A stretch of DNA of 64,000 bases, taken from an uncultured delta proteobacterium (GTDB lineage: Bacteria; Myxococcota; Myxococcia; Myxococcales; Anaeromyxobacteraceae). The notes under the pieces were generated by a model, which saw only the letters and a list, made by a program, of their open reading frames with translations, ran no database searches and had not been told where the DNA came from. The position numbers and the translations under genes were made by a program. Of the stretch, positions 53,307 to 62,948 are shown in pieces; position 1 is the first letter of the stretch; each line of letters begins with the position of its first letter. The DNA is taken from NCBI GenBank assembly GCA_963845515.1, contig CAWJSR010000006.1, positions 32,001-96,000 on the forward strand. Direction: 5' to 3'.

Positions 53307-55079
53307 TTACAGCGTGTGGCACGCCGAGCAGGCGGAGGTGCTCTCTCCCCCTTCGCCGCCCCACTGAACGCTGGTCTGGTTGAAGTGGCAGGCCACCGTC
53401 GAGCAGGTCTTCGTGCCAGGGTTCCACGCCGCGGACTGCAGGTGCATGGAGAGCGTGGAGCCGTCGTTCACGGCGTCCTGCGGCATGGGCTGGATCCCAG
53501 CGACCAGCGGGTATCCGTTCGAGAACCAGTAGGGACGGGTCGGCGTGTTCGGGCCGGCGGGGAGGGCAGCGGCCGCCCAGGCAGCGTCCATCCCCGACAG
53601 GTCTCCACGGGTGTCGAAGGCCACGTCGCGTGCGCCGTTGACGTGGAAGTGCGGCATCACCTTGCCTGAGCCCGCGGGCGCCCTCGTCCCGTCGTGGCAG
53701 CCGAGGCACGAGTACGTGTAGGTGATCAGCGCGTCGCTCAGCTCGTAGCTCCCCAGCGTGTCGAGATAGTAGAACGCAGACGGCCCTGCGTTGTCCGGAG
53801 CCGCCGTGAGGTAGTGGCACGTCTGGCAGGTGATCGGCGCCGAGGACTGACCGGACCAGTAGCCCGCGCCGCCGTGCTTGGAGTTCTCGTGCGTCACGCC
53901 GGGGAACCCTGCGTAGTGGCCCCACTCGTAGCCCAGGGTGGTGTCCAGGGCGACGTGGCTGTTGGCCGTGGCCGCGCCGGCGCCGCCGTTCGCGTAGTTG
54001 GGCGGGTTGGCGTGGCAGCCATCGCAGCCGAGCGTGACGCCAGAGCGCCATCCCGGGGAGGTGAGGAAGGATGGGGTGGCCTGGCCGGTCGAGTGGCAGT
54101 AGACGCCGCTGCAGGTGCCGGCGAGCTGGTCGTAGGAGGCCGCCGCGGAGTTGCGTTCCTTGAGGCTCCCCGCGGGGGCGCCAGCCGGCGACAGGTCGAC
54201 CATCCCCGTCGTGTGGTTCGCGACGTCCAGTGAGTGGCAGCTACCGCAGCCGAAGTCGTAGGCCGTCGCCGTGGCCGGGGTCAGGCTGGCCGCGCCGTAG
54301 ACCGTGGGTTCGGCCCTGACGTGGGCCGCGTGCGCGCCGGTCGCGGGAGGTGCGCCGTGGCAGCAGGTGCAGGCGCCGCCCGTGCACGTACCCGAAGAGA
54401 CGGTGGGGCGGCCGTCGATGTGCTTGCCACCCGCGACGTCAATCGTCGGGAGCCCACCGGCGTCGATCACGCCGGTCAGGGTCTGAGGGTGGCAGCCAGC
54501 GCACGGGTCCGAGGTGAGCGGGATGGTGACGGAGACCGCCGGGTGGCCGGAGTTCACCGGCGGGAACCCGTGGCAGGTGCCGCAGGCGGCCTGGCTGCCG
54601 TCCACGGTCGTCCACGTAGGCAGCTGATTGGAGCCGCCGTGGTCGAGGGTCGCTCCGTGGCAGTAGGTGTTGGCGCACTGCGCGGTCCGGGGGTCCCACG
54701 CGGCGGTCGGCGCGCTGCCGCTGGCCAGCTGCCCGAACGTCACGCGGGACGCGGTCCCCGCCGCCACGGCCGCGATGCCGGCCTCGTGCGCCTGCATGTC
54801 CGCGGGGACGACGTGGCACTCGGCGCACGGGATGGGGCCGCGAAGCCGGCCGGCGACCAGGTGCGCCTGGTGCGCCCCGACCTTCGGGTCCGTCGTCTCC
54901 GTCGCGCCGGCGACGCTCCTCGGCGGGGCCGCGTTGCCGTTGGCGCCGCCGTGGCATCGAACGCAGAGTTGCAGGGTGCCAGCGTCAGCGATGTCCCGCG
55001 ACGAACCGCACGCCGCAAGGGCCGCGACGGCCGCCAGGCCGAGGGCGGCGAGTGTCTTGTGTGAGCCGTCGTGGAGCAC
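53307..55079 (-). CDS. Multiheme c-type cytochrome lipoprotein (CxxxxCH/CxxCH family), 13 heme-binding motifs
   Basis: LAAC lipobox; 10 CxxCH plus 3 CxxxxCH counted in the translation. Confidence 0.9.
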   Translation of the reverse strand: MLHDGSHKTLAALGLAAVAALAACGSSRDIADAGTLQLCVRCHGGANGNAAPPRSVAGATETTDPKVGAHQAHLVAGRLRGPIPCAECHVVPADMQAHEAGIAAVAAGTASRVTFGQLASGSAPTAAWDPRTAQCANTYCHGATLDHGGSNQLPTWTTVDGSQAACGTCHGFPPVNSGHPAVSVTIPLTSDPCAGCHPQTLTGVIDAGGLPTIDVAGGKHIDGRPTVSSGTCTGGACTCCHGAPPATGAHAAHVRAEPTVYGAASLTPATATAYDFGCGSCHSLDVANHTTGMVDLSPAGAPAGSLKERNSAAASYDQLAGTCSGVYCHSTGQATPSFLTSPGWRSGVTLGCDGCHANPPNYANGGAGAATANSHVALDTTLGYEWGHYAGFPGVTHENSKHGGAGYWSGQSSAPITCQTCHYLTAAPDNAGPSAFYYLDTLGSYELSDALITYTYSCLGCHDGTRAPAGSGKVMPHFHVNGARDVAFDTRGDLSGMDAAWAAAALPAGPNTPTRPYWFSNGYPLVAGIQPMPQDAVNDGSTLSMHLQSAAWNPGTKTCSTVACHFNQTSVQWGGEGGESTSACSACHTL

Positions 55080-55175
55080 CGGTACCCCCTGTATGAGGAT
55101 TGCCACCACGATAGACCCGGCTGGTCCTTCGTCGGTCACGGGTCAAGCGTGGAGCTCTCGGCCGACGGGACCCGC

Positions 55176-56255
55176 CTAGAACCTGAACGGCAGCGGCATC
55201 AGCCAGATGCCCAGCACGACCGCGGCGACGGCGACCAGCAGCGCGGCCGTCATCGCACGCCGCCGCTGCCGTCGGAGGACGAACGGGCTCGTGGGCCCCT
55301 CCTCCTCGCCGGGATGGTCGACGGCGCGCGTGGCGAGGAGCGAGGCGGCGTCGATCCTCGTGAGCGCCTCCTCCTCCTTCGCGAAGCCACGGTGGGTCAT
55401 GAGGGCGACGAGGCGCGCCTGCGGGTGCATCCCCCCCAGGATCTTCGCGGCGCAGGTGTCGAGCTCGCGCGCGAGGGCGCCGGCGGTCTTCCAGCGGGAC
55501 CTGGGCTTGCTCTCCAGGCAGCGCTCGACGGCGCGGGCCAGCCGGCGCGGGCAGTCCGGGATGATCGATCTGATGCGGCGGAAGGAGCCCCTCCGGATCG
55601 CGCCGAAGAGCTCGTCGGCGTCGCGCCCCTTGAACGGCTTCTCCCCGGCCATCAGCTCGTAGAGCGTGACGCCGAGCGCCCAGACGTCGGCCTTGGCGTC
55701 GGCAGGGTCACCGCCGAGCACCTCGGGGGCCAGGTAGGAGGGGCTGCCGACCAGCATCCCGGCGCGCGTGAGGTCGGTCTCGCGCTGGTCCTTCGCGATG
55801 CCGAAGTCCATCAGCTTCACCTCGCCGTCGCGCGAGAGCATGACGTTGGCGGGCTTCACGTCGCGGTGGAGGAGGTGGTTGAAGTGGACGTAGTCGAGCG
55901 CCTCGGCGACCCGCGCGCCGACGATGGCGGCGCACTCGGGCGGCAGCGTGCCCCCCTTCGCCAGCACGCGCGTGAGGTCCGCGCCGTCGACGAAGTCGGT
56001 GACGAGGTAGAGCGTGTCCTCCTTCTCCACCAGGTCGTGCACCGCGACGATGGCCTGGTGGCGAAGCTGGGCGTAGGCCCGCCCCTCGCGCCGGAAGCGC
56101 TCGACCAGCTCCTTGGAGCGCGCGAGCTTCGCGTCGAGCGCCTTGATCGCGACGGTGCGCTCGAGCGACTCCTGGCGGGCCTCGTAGACGATCCCCATGC
56201 CGCCGCGACCGATCTCGCGCTTGACCTCGCAGGTCCCGACTTTCCGGATTGCCAT
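55176..56255 (-). CDS. Ser/Thr protein kinase with C-terminal TM anchor
   Basis: GRGGMG, AIK, HRDVKPAN, DFG, APE. Confidence 0.95.
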   Translation of the reverse strand: MAIRKVGTCEVKREIGRGGMGIVYEARQESLERTVAIKALDAKLARSKELVERFRREGRAYAQLRHQAIVAVHDLVEKEDTLYLVTDFVDGADLTRVLAKGGTLPPECAAIVGARVAEALDYVHFNHLLHRDVKPANVMLSRDGEVKLMDFGIAKDQRETDLTRAGMLVGSPSYLAPEVLGGDPADAKADVWALGVTLYELMAGEKPFKGRDADELFGAIRRGSFRRIRSIIPDCPRRLARAVERCLESKPRSRWKTAGALARELDTCAAKILGGMHPQARLVALMTHRGFAKEEEALTRIDAASLLATRAVDHPGEEEGPTSPFVLRRQRRRAMTAALLVAVAAVVLGIWLMPLPFRF

Positions 56256-56451
56256 TGCGGATTCGGAGCTTGCGACGGTTCACCAACCGCTTGCAAGGGA
56301 TAGGGCAACCGGGGGCTGGGCCTACATGCGACCGATCTGCTAGGCTGCCTGTCCCAGCACGAGACCCGCAAGCTTTGCGCCAGCTAGTGCGCGGGCTCGA
56401 ACTGCCCCTTCGAACATCCGAACCCTCTCCCTTTTTTGCGCAGGAGTCCGA

Positions 56452-59400
56452 ATGGCAAGCAGGCGAATGGTGACAATGGACGGCAACGAGGCGGTCGCCT
56501 CGGTCGCCCACCGTATCAACGAGGTCATCGCCATCTACCCGATCACCCCGTCCTCCAACATGGGCGAGTGGGCGGACGAGTGGGCGGCGAAGGGCAGGAA
56601 GAACATCTGGGGCAGCGTCCCGAACGTGACCGAGATGCAGTCGGAGGGCGGCGCCTCCGGCGCGGTCCACGGGGCCCTTCAGGCGGGTGCGCTGACGACG
56701 ACCTTCACGGCGTCGCAGGGGCTCCTGCTGATGATCCCCAACCTCTACAAGATCGCCGGTGAGCTGACGTCGATGGCGATGCACGTCACGGCCCGCACGC
56801 TGGCGACGCACGCCCTGTCGATCTTCGGCGATCACTCGGACGTCATGGCGTGCCGGCAGACCGGCATGGGGCTGCTCTCCTCCGTCTCCGTCCAGGAGGC
56901 GCACGACTTCGCCGTGATCGCGCAGCGCGCGTCCCTGCTCTCGCGCGTCCCGATGCTCCACTTCTTCGACGGCTTCCGCACCTCCCACGAGGTCGCGAAG
57001 ATGGAGGAGCTGAACGACGAAGATCTGCGCGAGATGATCACGGACGATCTCGTCGCCGCCCACCGCGACCGCGCGCTGACGCCGGATCGGCCCGTGCTCC
57101 GCGGCTCGGCGCAGAACCCCGACGTCTTCTTCCAGGCGCGCGAAGCCATCAACCCGTACTACACGGCCGCCGCGTCCCACGTGCAGGCGTCGATGGACCT
57201 GTTCGCGAAGATCGCCGGGCGCAAGTACAAGCTCTTCGACTACGTCGGCCACCCGGAGGCCGAGCGCGTCATCGTGGCGATGGGCTCGGCGTGTGACACC
57301 ACGCAGGAGACCATCGAGCACCTCGTCGCCAAGGGCGAGAAGGTGGGGCTCGTCAAGGTCCGGCTCTACCGCCCCTTCGACCTCGGCGCGTTCATGACGT
57401 CGCTGCCTCGCTCGGTGCGCCAGATCGCCGTGCTCGACCGGACGAAGGAGCCCGGCAGCCTCGGCGAGCCGCTCTACATGGACGTCGTCACGGCGCTCCG
57501 TGAGGCGGAGCAGGCGCACATCGACCGCTTCCACCACGAGATCAAGGTGATCGGCGGCCGGTACGGCCTCTCGTCGAAGGAGTTCACGCCCGCGCAGGTC
57601 AAGGCGGTGTACGACGAGCTCGGGAAGGAGCGCCCCAAGCGCCACTTCACGGTCGGCATCCACGACGACGTGACCCACACGTCGCTCAAGGTGGACCCGA
57701 CGTTCGACATCGAGCAGGACGACGTCGTGCGCGGCCTCTTCTACGGCCTGGGCGCGGACGGCACCGTCGGCGCGAACAAGAACTCCATCAAGATCATCGG
57801 CGAGGACACGCCCAACTTCGCGCAGGGCTACTTCGTCTACGACTCGAAGAAGTCGGGCACGCTGACCACCAGCCACCTCCGCTTCGGGCCGCGGCCGATC
57901 CGCTCGGCCTACCTGATCACGAAGGCCAACTTCATCGCCTGCCACCAGTTCGGCTTCCTCGAGAAGTACGAGATGGTGGAGAACGCCGGGCCGGGCGCGA
58001 CCTTCCTGCTCAACTCGATCTACGGCGTCGACCAGGTCTGGGAGCACCTGCCGCGCGAGGTCCAGGAGCAGATCCTCGCCAAGAAGCTCAAGTTCTTCGT
58101 GATCGACGCCTACAAGGTCGCGAAGGACACCGGCATGGGGCTGCGCATCAACACCATCATGCAGACCTGCTTCTTCGCGGTCTCCGGCGTGCTCCCGCGC
58201 GACGAGGCGATCGGCCACATCAAGAAGACGATCGAGAAGACGTACTCCCGCAAGGGCGCCGACGTCGTGAAGAAGAACTTCGACGCGGTGGACCACACGC
58301 TGGCCCACCTCTACGAGGTGAACCTCGACGGCAAGAAGATCACCGGCCAGCCGCGCCCGCCGACCGTCGCGGAGATCGCGCCGGACTTCGTGAAGCGCGT
58401 CACCGGCCTGATGCTCGCCGGCAAGGGCGACATGCTGCCGGTCTCGGCCTTCCCGGTCGACGGCACGTGGCCCACTGGCACGGCGAAGTGGGAGAAGCGC
58501 TCCATCGCCCTCGAGATCCCGGTGTGGGAGCCGTCGCTCTGCATCCAGTGCAACAAGTGCGCGCTCATCTGCCCGCACGCGGCGATCCGGCCGAAGTTCT
58601 ACGCGCCCGAGCAGCTCGAGAAGGCGCCGGCCGGGTTCCTCTCGACGGACTACAAGTCGGCCGACGAGAAGGGGAAGAAGTACACCCTCCAGGTCGCGCC
58701 TGACGACTGCACCGGCTGCACCGTCTGCGTGGAGATGTGCCCGGCGGAGTCCAAGACCGAGAAGGGCAAGAAGGCCATCAACATGGTCGACGCCCTCGCC
58801 CTCAAGGAGAAGGAGCGCAAGAACTGGGACTTCTTCCTCTCGATCCCGGATCCGGATCGGACCAGGCTGAAGCTCGACGTCAAGGGGACGCAGTTCCTCG
58901 AGCCGCTCTTCGAGTTCTCGGGCGCGTGCTCCGGCTGCGGTGAGACGCCCTACATCAAGCTCCTCACCCAGCTCTACGGCGACCGCGCGATCATCGCCAA
59001 CGCCACCGGCTGCTCGTCGATCTTCAGCGGCAACCTGCCGACGACGCCGTACACGCACAGCGCGAGCGGCCGCGGCCCGGCCTGGTCCAACTCGCTCTTC
59101 GAGGACAACGCCGAGTTCGGCCTCGGGATGCGGCTCGCGATCGACAAGCAGACCGAGCTGGCCCGCGACTTCCTCGGGCGGCTCGGGGCGCAGCTCGGCG
59201 ACGCGTCGGTGAAGGAGCTCCTCGAGGCCGACCAGACGACCGAGGACGGGATCGCGAAGCAGCGTGAGCGCGTGCAGGCGGTCAAGGCCAGGCTGGCCAA
59301 GATCGACAACACCGACGCGCGCTACCTGCTCAAGGTCGTCGACTACCTGGTCCGGAAGTCGGTCTGGATCGTCGGCGGCGACGGCTGGGCGTACGACATC

Positions 59401-60039
59401 GGGTACGGCGGCCTCGATCACGTCATCGCGTCGGGCAAGGACGTGAACATCCTCGTCCTGGACACCGAGGTCTACTCCAACACCGGCGGGCAGGCCTCCA
59501 AGGCGACGCCGATGGGGGCCTCGGCCAAGTTCGCGATGGCCGGCAAGAACATGCCGAAGAAGGACCTCGCGATGCTGGCGATGAGCTACGGGCACCCGTA
59601 CGTCGCCCGGGTCGCGGTCGCCGCGAAGGACGCGCAGACGGTCAACGCGTTCAAGGAGGCCGACAGCTACTCCGGCGTCTCCGTGATCGTCGCCTACGCG
59701 CACTGCATCGCGCACGGCTACGACCTCGCCAACTCGATCCAGCAGCAGGAGCGCGCGGTCGACTCGGCCTACTGGCCGCTCTTCCGGTACGACCCGCGCC
59801 GGGTCGCCGCCGGCGAGAGCCCGCTCAAGATGGACAGCCCCGCGCCGAAGATCGACCTCGCGCAGTTCGTCGAGGGCGAGACCCGGTTCAAGACGGTGCA
59901 GACGTCCAACCCCGAGGGCTACAAGAGGATGATGGGGCAGGCGCAGAAGGACATCCGCGAGAAGTACGCGCTCTACGAGCAGCTCGCGAAGGCGATGAAC
60001 CCGGCCAACCTGGTGCCGGGCGGCGGCAACAAGCCGTAG
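56452..60039 (+). CDS. nifJ: Pyruvate:ferredoxin/flavodoxin oxidoreductase
   Basis: YPITP, two CxxCxxCxxxCP, GACSGCGE, GGDGWAYDIG. Confidence 0.98.
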   Translation: MASRRMVTMDGNEAVASVAHRINEVIAIYPITPSSNMGEWADEWAAKGRKNIWGSVPNVTEMQSEGGASGAVHGALQAGALTTTFTASQGLLLMIPNLYKIAGELTSMAMHVTARTLATHALSIFGDHSDVMACRQTGMGLLSSVSVQEAHDFAVIAQRASLLSRVPMLHFFDGFRTSHEVAKMEELNDEDLREMITDDLVAAHRDRALTPDRPVLRGSAQNPDVFFQAREAINPYYTAAASHVQASMDLFAKIAGRKYKLFDYVGHPEAERVIVAMGSACDTTQETIEHLVAKGEKVGLVKVRLYRPFDLGAFMTSLPRSVRQIAVLDRTKEPGSLGEPLYMDVVTALREAEQAHIDRFHHEIKVIGGRYGLSSKEFTPAQVKAVYDELGKERPKRHFTVGIHDDVTHTSLKVDPTFDIEQDDVVRGLFYGLGADGTVGANKNSIKIIGEDTPNFAQGYFVYDSKKSGTLTTSHLRFGPRPIRSAYLITKANFIACHQFGFLEKYEMVENAGPGATFLLNSIYGVDQVWEHLPREVQEQILAKKLKFFVIDAYKVAKDTGMGLRINTIMQTCFFAVSGVLPRDEAIGHIKKTIEKTYSRKGADVVKKNFDAVDHTLAHLYEVNLDGKKITGQPRPPTVAEIAPDFVKRVTGLMLAGKGDMLPVSAFPVDGTWPTGTAKWEKRSIALEIPVWEPSLCIQCNKCALICPHAAIRPKFYAPEQLEKAPAGFLSTDYKSADEKGKKYTLQVAPDDCTGCTVCVEMCPAESKTEKGKKAINMVDALALKEKERKNWDFFLSIPDPDRTRLKLDVKGTQFLEPLFEFSGACSGCGETPYIKLLTQLYGDRAIIANATGCSSIFSGNLPTTPYTHSASGRGPAWSNSLFEDNAEFGLGMRLAIDKQTELARDFLGRLGAQLGDASVKELLEADQTTEDGIAKQRERVQAVKARLAKIDNTDARYLLKVVDYLVRKSVWIVGGDGWAYDIGYGGLDHVIASGKDVNILVLDTEVYSNTGGQASKATPMGASAKFAMAGKNMPKKDLAMLAMSYGHPYVARVAVAAKDAQTVNAFKEADSYSGVSVIVAYAHCIAHGYDLANSIQQQERAVDSAYWPLFRYDPRRVAAGESPLKMDSPAPKIDLAQFVEGETRFKTVQTSNPEGYKRMMGQAQKDIREKYALYEQLAKAMNPANLVPGGGNKP

Positions 60040-60061
60040 CCTGAAGGGACGAAGCGTCACT

Positions 60062-60100
60062 GGAGCCCGGATCGCCTCGCGGTCCGGGCTCCTTCAATTC
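60062..60100 (+). terminator. Intrinsic terminator after nifJ
   Basis: GGAGCCCGGA...TCCGGGCTCC followed by TTCAATTCT. Confidence 0.7.
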
Positions 60101-60275
60101 TGAGCGCGGCGCGCAGCTCCCTCTCCCTGGAGGGTCCGGGGTGAGGGCGGCTCCACCTGGGACCCCCGGTGCGGCGCGACCCGTCCCGCACTCCCAGCGC
60201 ACCTGCCCAACTGCCTGGATCAACAGCAGAAAAGACGTTGACTGGCGCGGCCCCCCCTTTGCATTTCGGCCGCGC

Positions 60276-60509
60276 GTGCCCTGTCCGCGCATCTCCACCT
60301 GCAAACTCGCCAGCGGGATCTCCATGCGCGAGGCCCTGCGGGTCTGGCAGAGCTTCTACTGCGAGGGGATGTACGGGCGCTGCGAGCGTTACAAGCTTGC
60401 CGAGAACGGCGTGGAGGTGCCGCTTCGCCTCCTCCCCAACGGCCGGCTGCAGGACGAGCCCCAGGTTTCGCTGCCCGAGCTGGATCTCCGGCGCGGCGTC
60501 CCCCGCTGA
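60276..60509 (+). CDS. Small four-cysteine protein of unknown function
   Basis: CPRISTC..W..FYCEG.Y..CERY..G..VP..LLPNG. Confidence 0.6.
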   Translation: MPCPRISTCKLASGISMREALRVWQSFYCEGMYGRCERYKLAENGVEVPLRLLPNGRLQDEPQVSLPELDLRRGVPR

Positions 60510-60636
60510 CCTCGGGGCCGGCGCGCGAGCGCATCCCGGTTCCACGCCGGGCCGCGGCCGAATAGACTCCCCGGACAGATCGAAGGGCGGCCCCGCGCGT
60601 TGAATCAATGGGGCCCAACGCGAGGCCACCGGACAC

Positions 60637-61242
60637 GTGCCGCACGAGGAGAGCGACGAGAAGCTCATGCGGCGCTTCCAGGCCGGGGACGCCCGGGCCT
60701 TCGAGACGCTCGTGCGCAGACACCGGACCGCCCTCTGGAGCTTCCTCCTCCGCCACGTCGGCGAGCGCACGCGCGCCGAGGACCTGCTCCAGGAGACGCT
60801 CCTGCGCGCCGTGAAGGCGAGCGCGGAGTGGGAGGAGCGCGCGAAGGTCACCACCTGGCTCTTCACCATCGCGCGCAACCTGACACTCGACGACGCCCGG
60901 CGCGCGTTCCACAGGCGGACCGAGCCGCTGGAGGGGGCCGACGGCGACGGCCTCGCGCCGATCGACCGGACGGCCAGCGATGACCCGCCGCCCGACGCCT
61001 CCGCCGAGGGGGCGCTGCTGCGCCCCCGGCTCGAGGCTGCGCTCGCCGCGCTCCCGGTGGAGCAGCGCGAGGTCTTCCTCCTGCGCGAGCAGGGCGGCCT
61101 CGGCTTCAGGGAGATCGCCGAGGTGACCGGCGTCCCGGAGAACACGGTGAAGAGCCGGATGCGCTACGCGCTCGAGGGGCTGCGCAGGGCGCTGGCGACG
61201 CTGGGGATCACTCCCGAGGCGATGGGGAGCGCGACGCGATGA
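60637..61242 (+). CDS. ECF sigma factor
   Basis: AEDLLQET, TWLFTIARN, LPVEQREVF, TVKSRMRYA. Confidence 0.94.
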   Translation: MPHEESDEKLMRRFQAGDARAFETLVRRHRTALWSFLLRHVGERTRAEDLLQETLLRAVKASAEWEERAKVTTWLFTIARNLTLDDARRAFHRRTEPLEGADGDGLAPIDRTASDDPPPDASAEGALLRPRLEAALAALPVEQREVFLLREQGGLGFREIAEVTGVPENTVKSRMRYALEGLRRALATLGITPEAMGSATR

Positions 61243-62384
61243 ACCACGAAGCCGCGAGCGAGAAGCTCCTCGAGCTGGCGTACGGCGAGCTGCCGCAGGG
61301 CGAGGCGCGCGCCGTCGAGGCGCACGCCGCCGCCTGCGACGCCTGCCGCGGGGAGCTTGCGAGCATCCGCGGAACGCGCGCCATGATGGCCCGGCTCCCG
61401 GTCGAGCCACCGCCGGAGCGCGGACTGGGGATCGTGCTCGCGGCAGCGCGCGAGGCCGCCGCCGCGCGCACCCGGAAGGGCTCGCTCCTGCCTCGCTGGC
61501 TCTGGGCAGGAGGCCTCGGAGCGGTGGCTGCGGCAGCGGTGGCCGTCGTCTCGTGGCAGCTCGCAAGGACCTCGCCAGAGGGCGGGCTCCAGGAGCGTGA
61601 GTCCGACCTGATGGGGCGCCCGCCCGCCATGGCCGCCGCGCCGGCCCCCGACCGTCGCGAAGCGGCAGAGCCGGCGGCCGAGCGCGCGAAGGAGGCGCCT
61701 GCCCTCGCCGCGGCGCCCGCCCCGAGCCCGCCGGCGAAGCCCGCGCCGGCTCCGAGGATGACCGGGCGGGCGGTGGAGCGCTCCCCGAAGCGCGGGGAGG
61801 CAGCCAGGATGATGGCCGAGGCCGAGACGGCCGCAGCCGGCGCGCCTGCCATGGACGAAGGAGCGGCGCCGGCTGGCGGGGCGAAGTGGGAGCGCGCCGA
61901 GGCTGCGGCGCCGCCACCCGCCGCCGAGCCCGCACCGCGCGCCGCGGCACGGCCGGCGTTCGCCGATGCCGAGCGCGTGGCCCCCGCGCCGGCACCGGAG
62001 CCGGCGCCGAAGGTCGCGCAGAGGTCAGCGCAGAAGGCGAGGTCGATGGCGCCTACCGAGCGGAAGTCCGCGGCGCCCTCGGCCGCCATGACGATGGCGG
62101 AGGACCGGGCGGAGCCGCAGGGGGTCGAGACGAGGGACTTCGCGGGCTGTCCCGGCGAGCGCCGGCGCGTCGTCGAGCGCGACGGGGACGGGCGCGTGGT
62201 CCGGTACGTTCGCGTCGGCGATCGGCGGACCGTCGAGCAGCGCTACGGCGCCGACGGGCGGCTGCGGTCGGCCTTCGAGACGGAGGACGGGGTGAAGCGC
62301 GCCCTGCCGCCCGACGCCCCGGGGCTCGTCCGGGACGCCCGCGACGCCGGGATCGACGCGCCGGCGCGGTGCTCGCTGCCATGA
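61239..62384 (+). CDS. zf-HC2 anti-sigma factor with Ala/Pro-rich periplasmic region
   Basis: YGEL..HAAACDAC, TM helix; ATGA overlap with the sigma gene. Confidence 0.85.
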   Translation: MNHEAASEKLLELAYGELPQGEARAVEAHAAACDACRGELASIRGTRAMMARLPVEPPPERGLGIVLAAAREAAAARTRKGSLLPRWLWAGGLGAVAAAAVAVVSWQLARTSPEGGLQERESDLMGRPPAMAAAPAPDRREAAEPAAERAKEAPALAAAPAPSPPAKPAPAPRMTGRAVERSPKRGEAARMMAEAETAAAGAPAMDEGAAPAGGAKWERAEAAAPPPAAEPAPRAAARPAFADAERVAPAPAPEPAPKVAQRSAQKARSMAPTERKSAAPSAAMTMAEDRAEPQGVETRDFAGCPGERRRVVERDGDGRVVRYVRVGDRRTVEQRYGADGRLRSAFETEDGVKRALPPDAPGLVRDARDAGIDAPARCSLP

Positions 62385-62842
62385 AGCTGCGCGTCGTCGC
62401 GGTGGGGCGCGATCGCTCCGGGCTCTTCGCGCCGGCGGTCGACGAGTACGCGAAGCGGCTCGCGCGCTACGCGAAGTTCGAGCTGGTCGAGGTCTCGGAG
62501 GCGAAGCGCCACGCGGGCACGCCGCGCGCGAAGGAGGAGGAGGGGGAGACGCTCCTCGCCCGGATCGGCGCGGCGGAGCGCGTGGTGCTGCTCGACGAGC
62601 GGGGCGCCGAGCCGACCAGCGTGGAGCTCGCCACCCGGCTCGCGAGGTGGCTCCAGCGCGGGCAGGACCTCGTCTTCGTGATCGGCGGCTCCGACGGCCA
62701 CTCCGACGCGATCCGGGCCCGGGCGCAGGAGACGCTCTCGCTCTCGCGGATGACGCTCGCCCACCGGCTGGCCCGCGTCGTGCTGCTGGAGCAGCTCTAC
62801 CGGGCCTTCACGATCCTGAAGGGCGAGCCGTACCATAAGTAG
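62381..62842 (+). CDS. rlmH: 23S rRNA (pseudouridine-1915-N3) methyltransferase
   Basis: LDERG, FVIGGSDG, LSRMTLAH, EQLYRAFTI..GEPYHK. Confidence 0.96.
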   Translation: MKLRVVAVGRDRSGLFAPAVDEYAKRLARYAKFELVEVSEAKRHAGTPRAKEEEGETLLARIGAAERVVLLDERGAEPTSVELATRLARWLQRGQDLVFVIGGSDGHSDAIRARAQETLSLSRMTLAHRLARVVLLEQLYRAFTILKGEPYHK

Positions 62843-62948
62843 GGGACGCGCCGCGTCACGCCGAATCACCCTTGCGCGGCAGCGGAGTTGGGCCGGCAAA
62901 CTGTATGATGCGCGCAGCCCCCGTCCTGGGCGCCCCTTGGAGGCACAC

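Noticed and set aside
56367..56382. Sigma54-like box (minus strand TGGCGC-AAAGC-TTGCG) or a third copy of the ECF box upstream of nifJ
   Set aside because: It lacks the CGGTT block for the ECF reading, and a lone GG-N10-GC match in GC-rich DNA is too weak without TSS data.
55708..60060. 1450-aa ORF antisense to nifJ, and the many similar long overlapping ORFs
   Set aside because: Shadow ORFs expected at high GC; no domain motifs and opposite confident genes.
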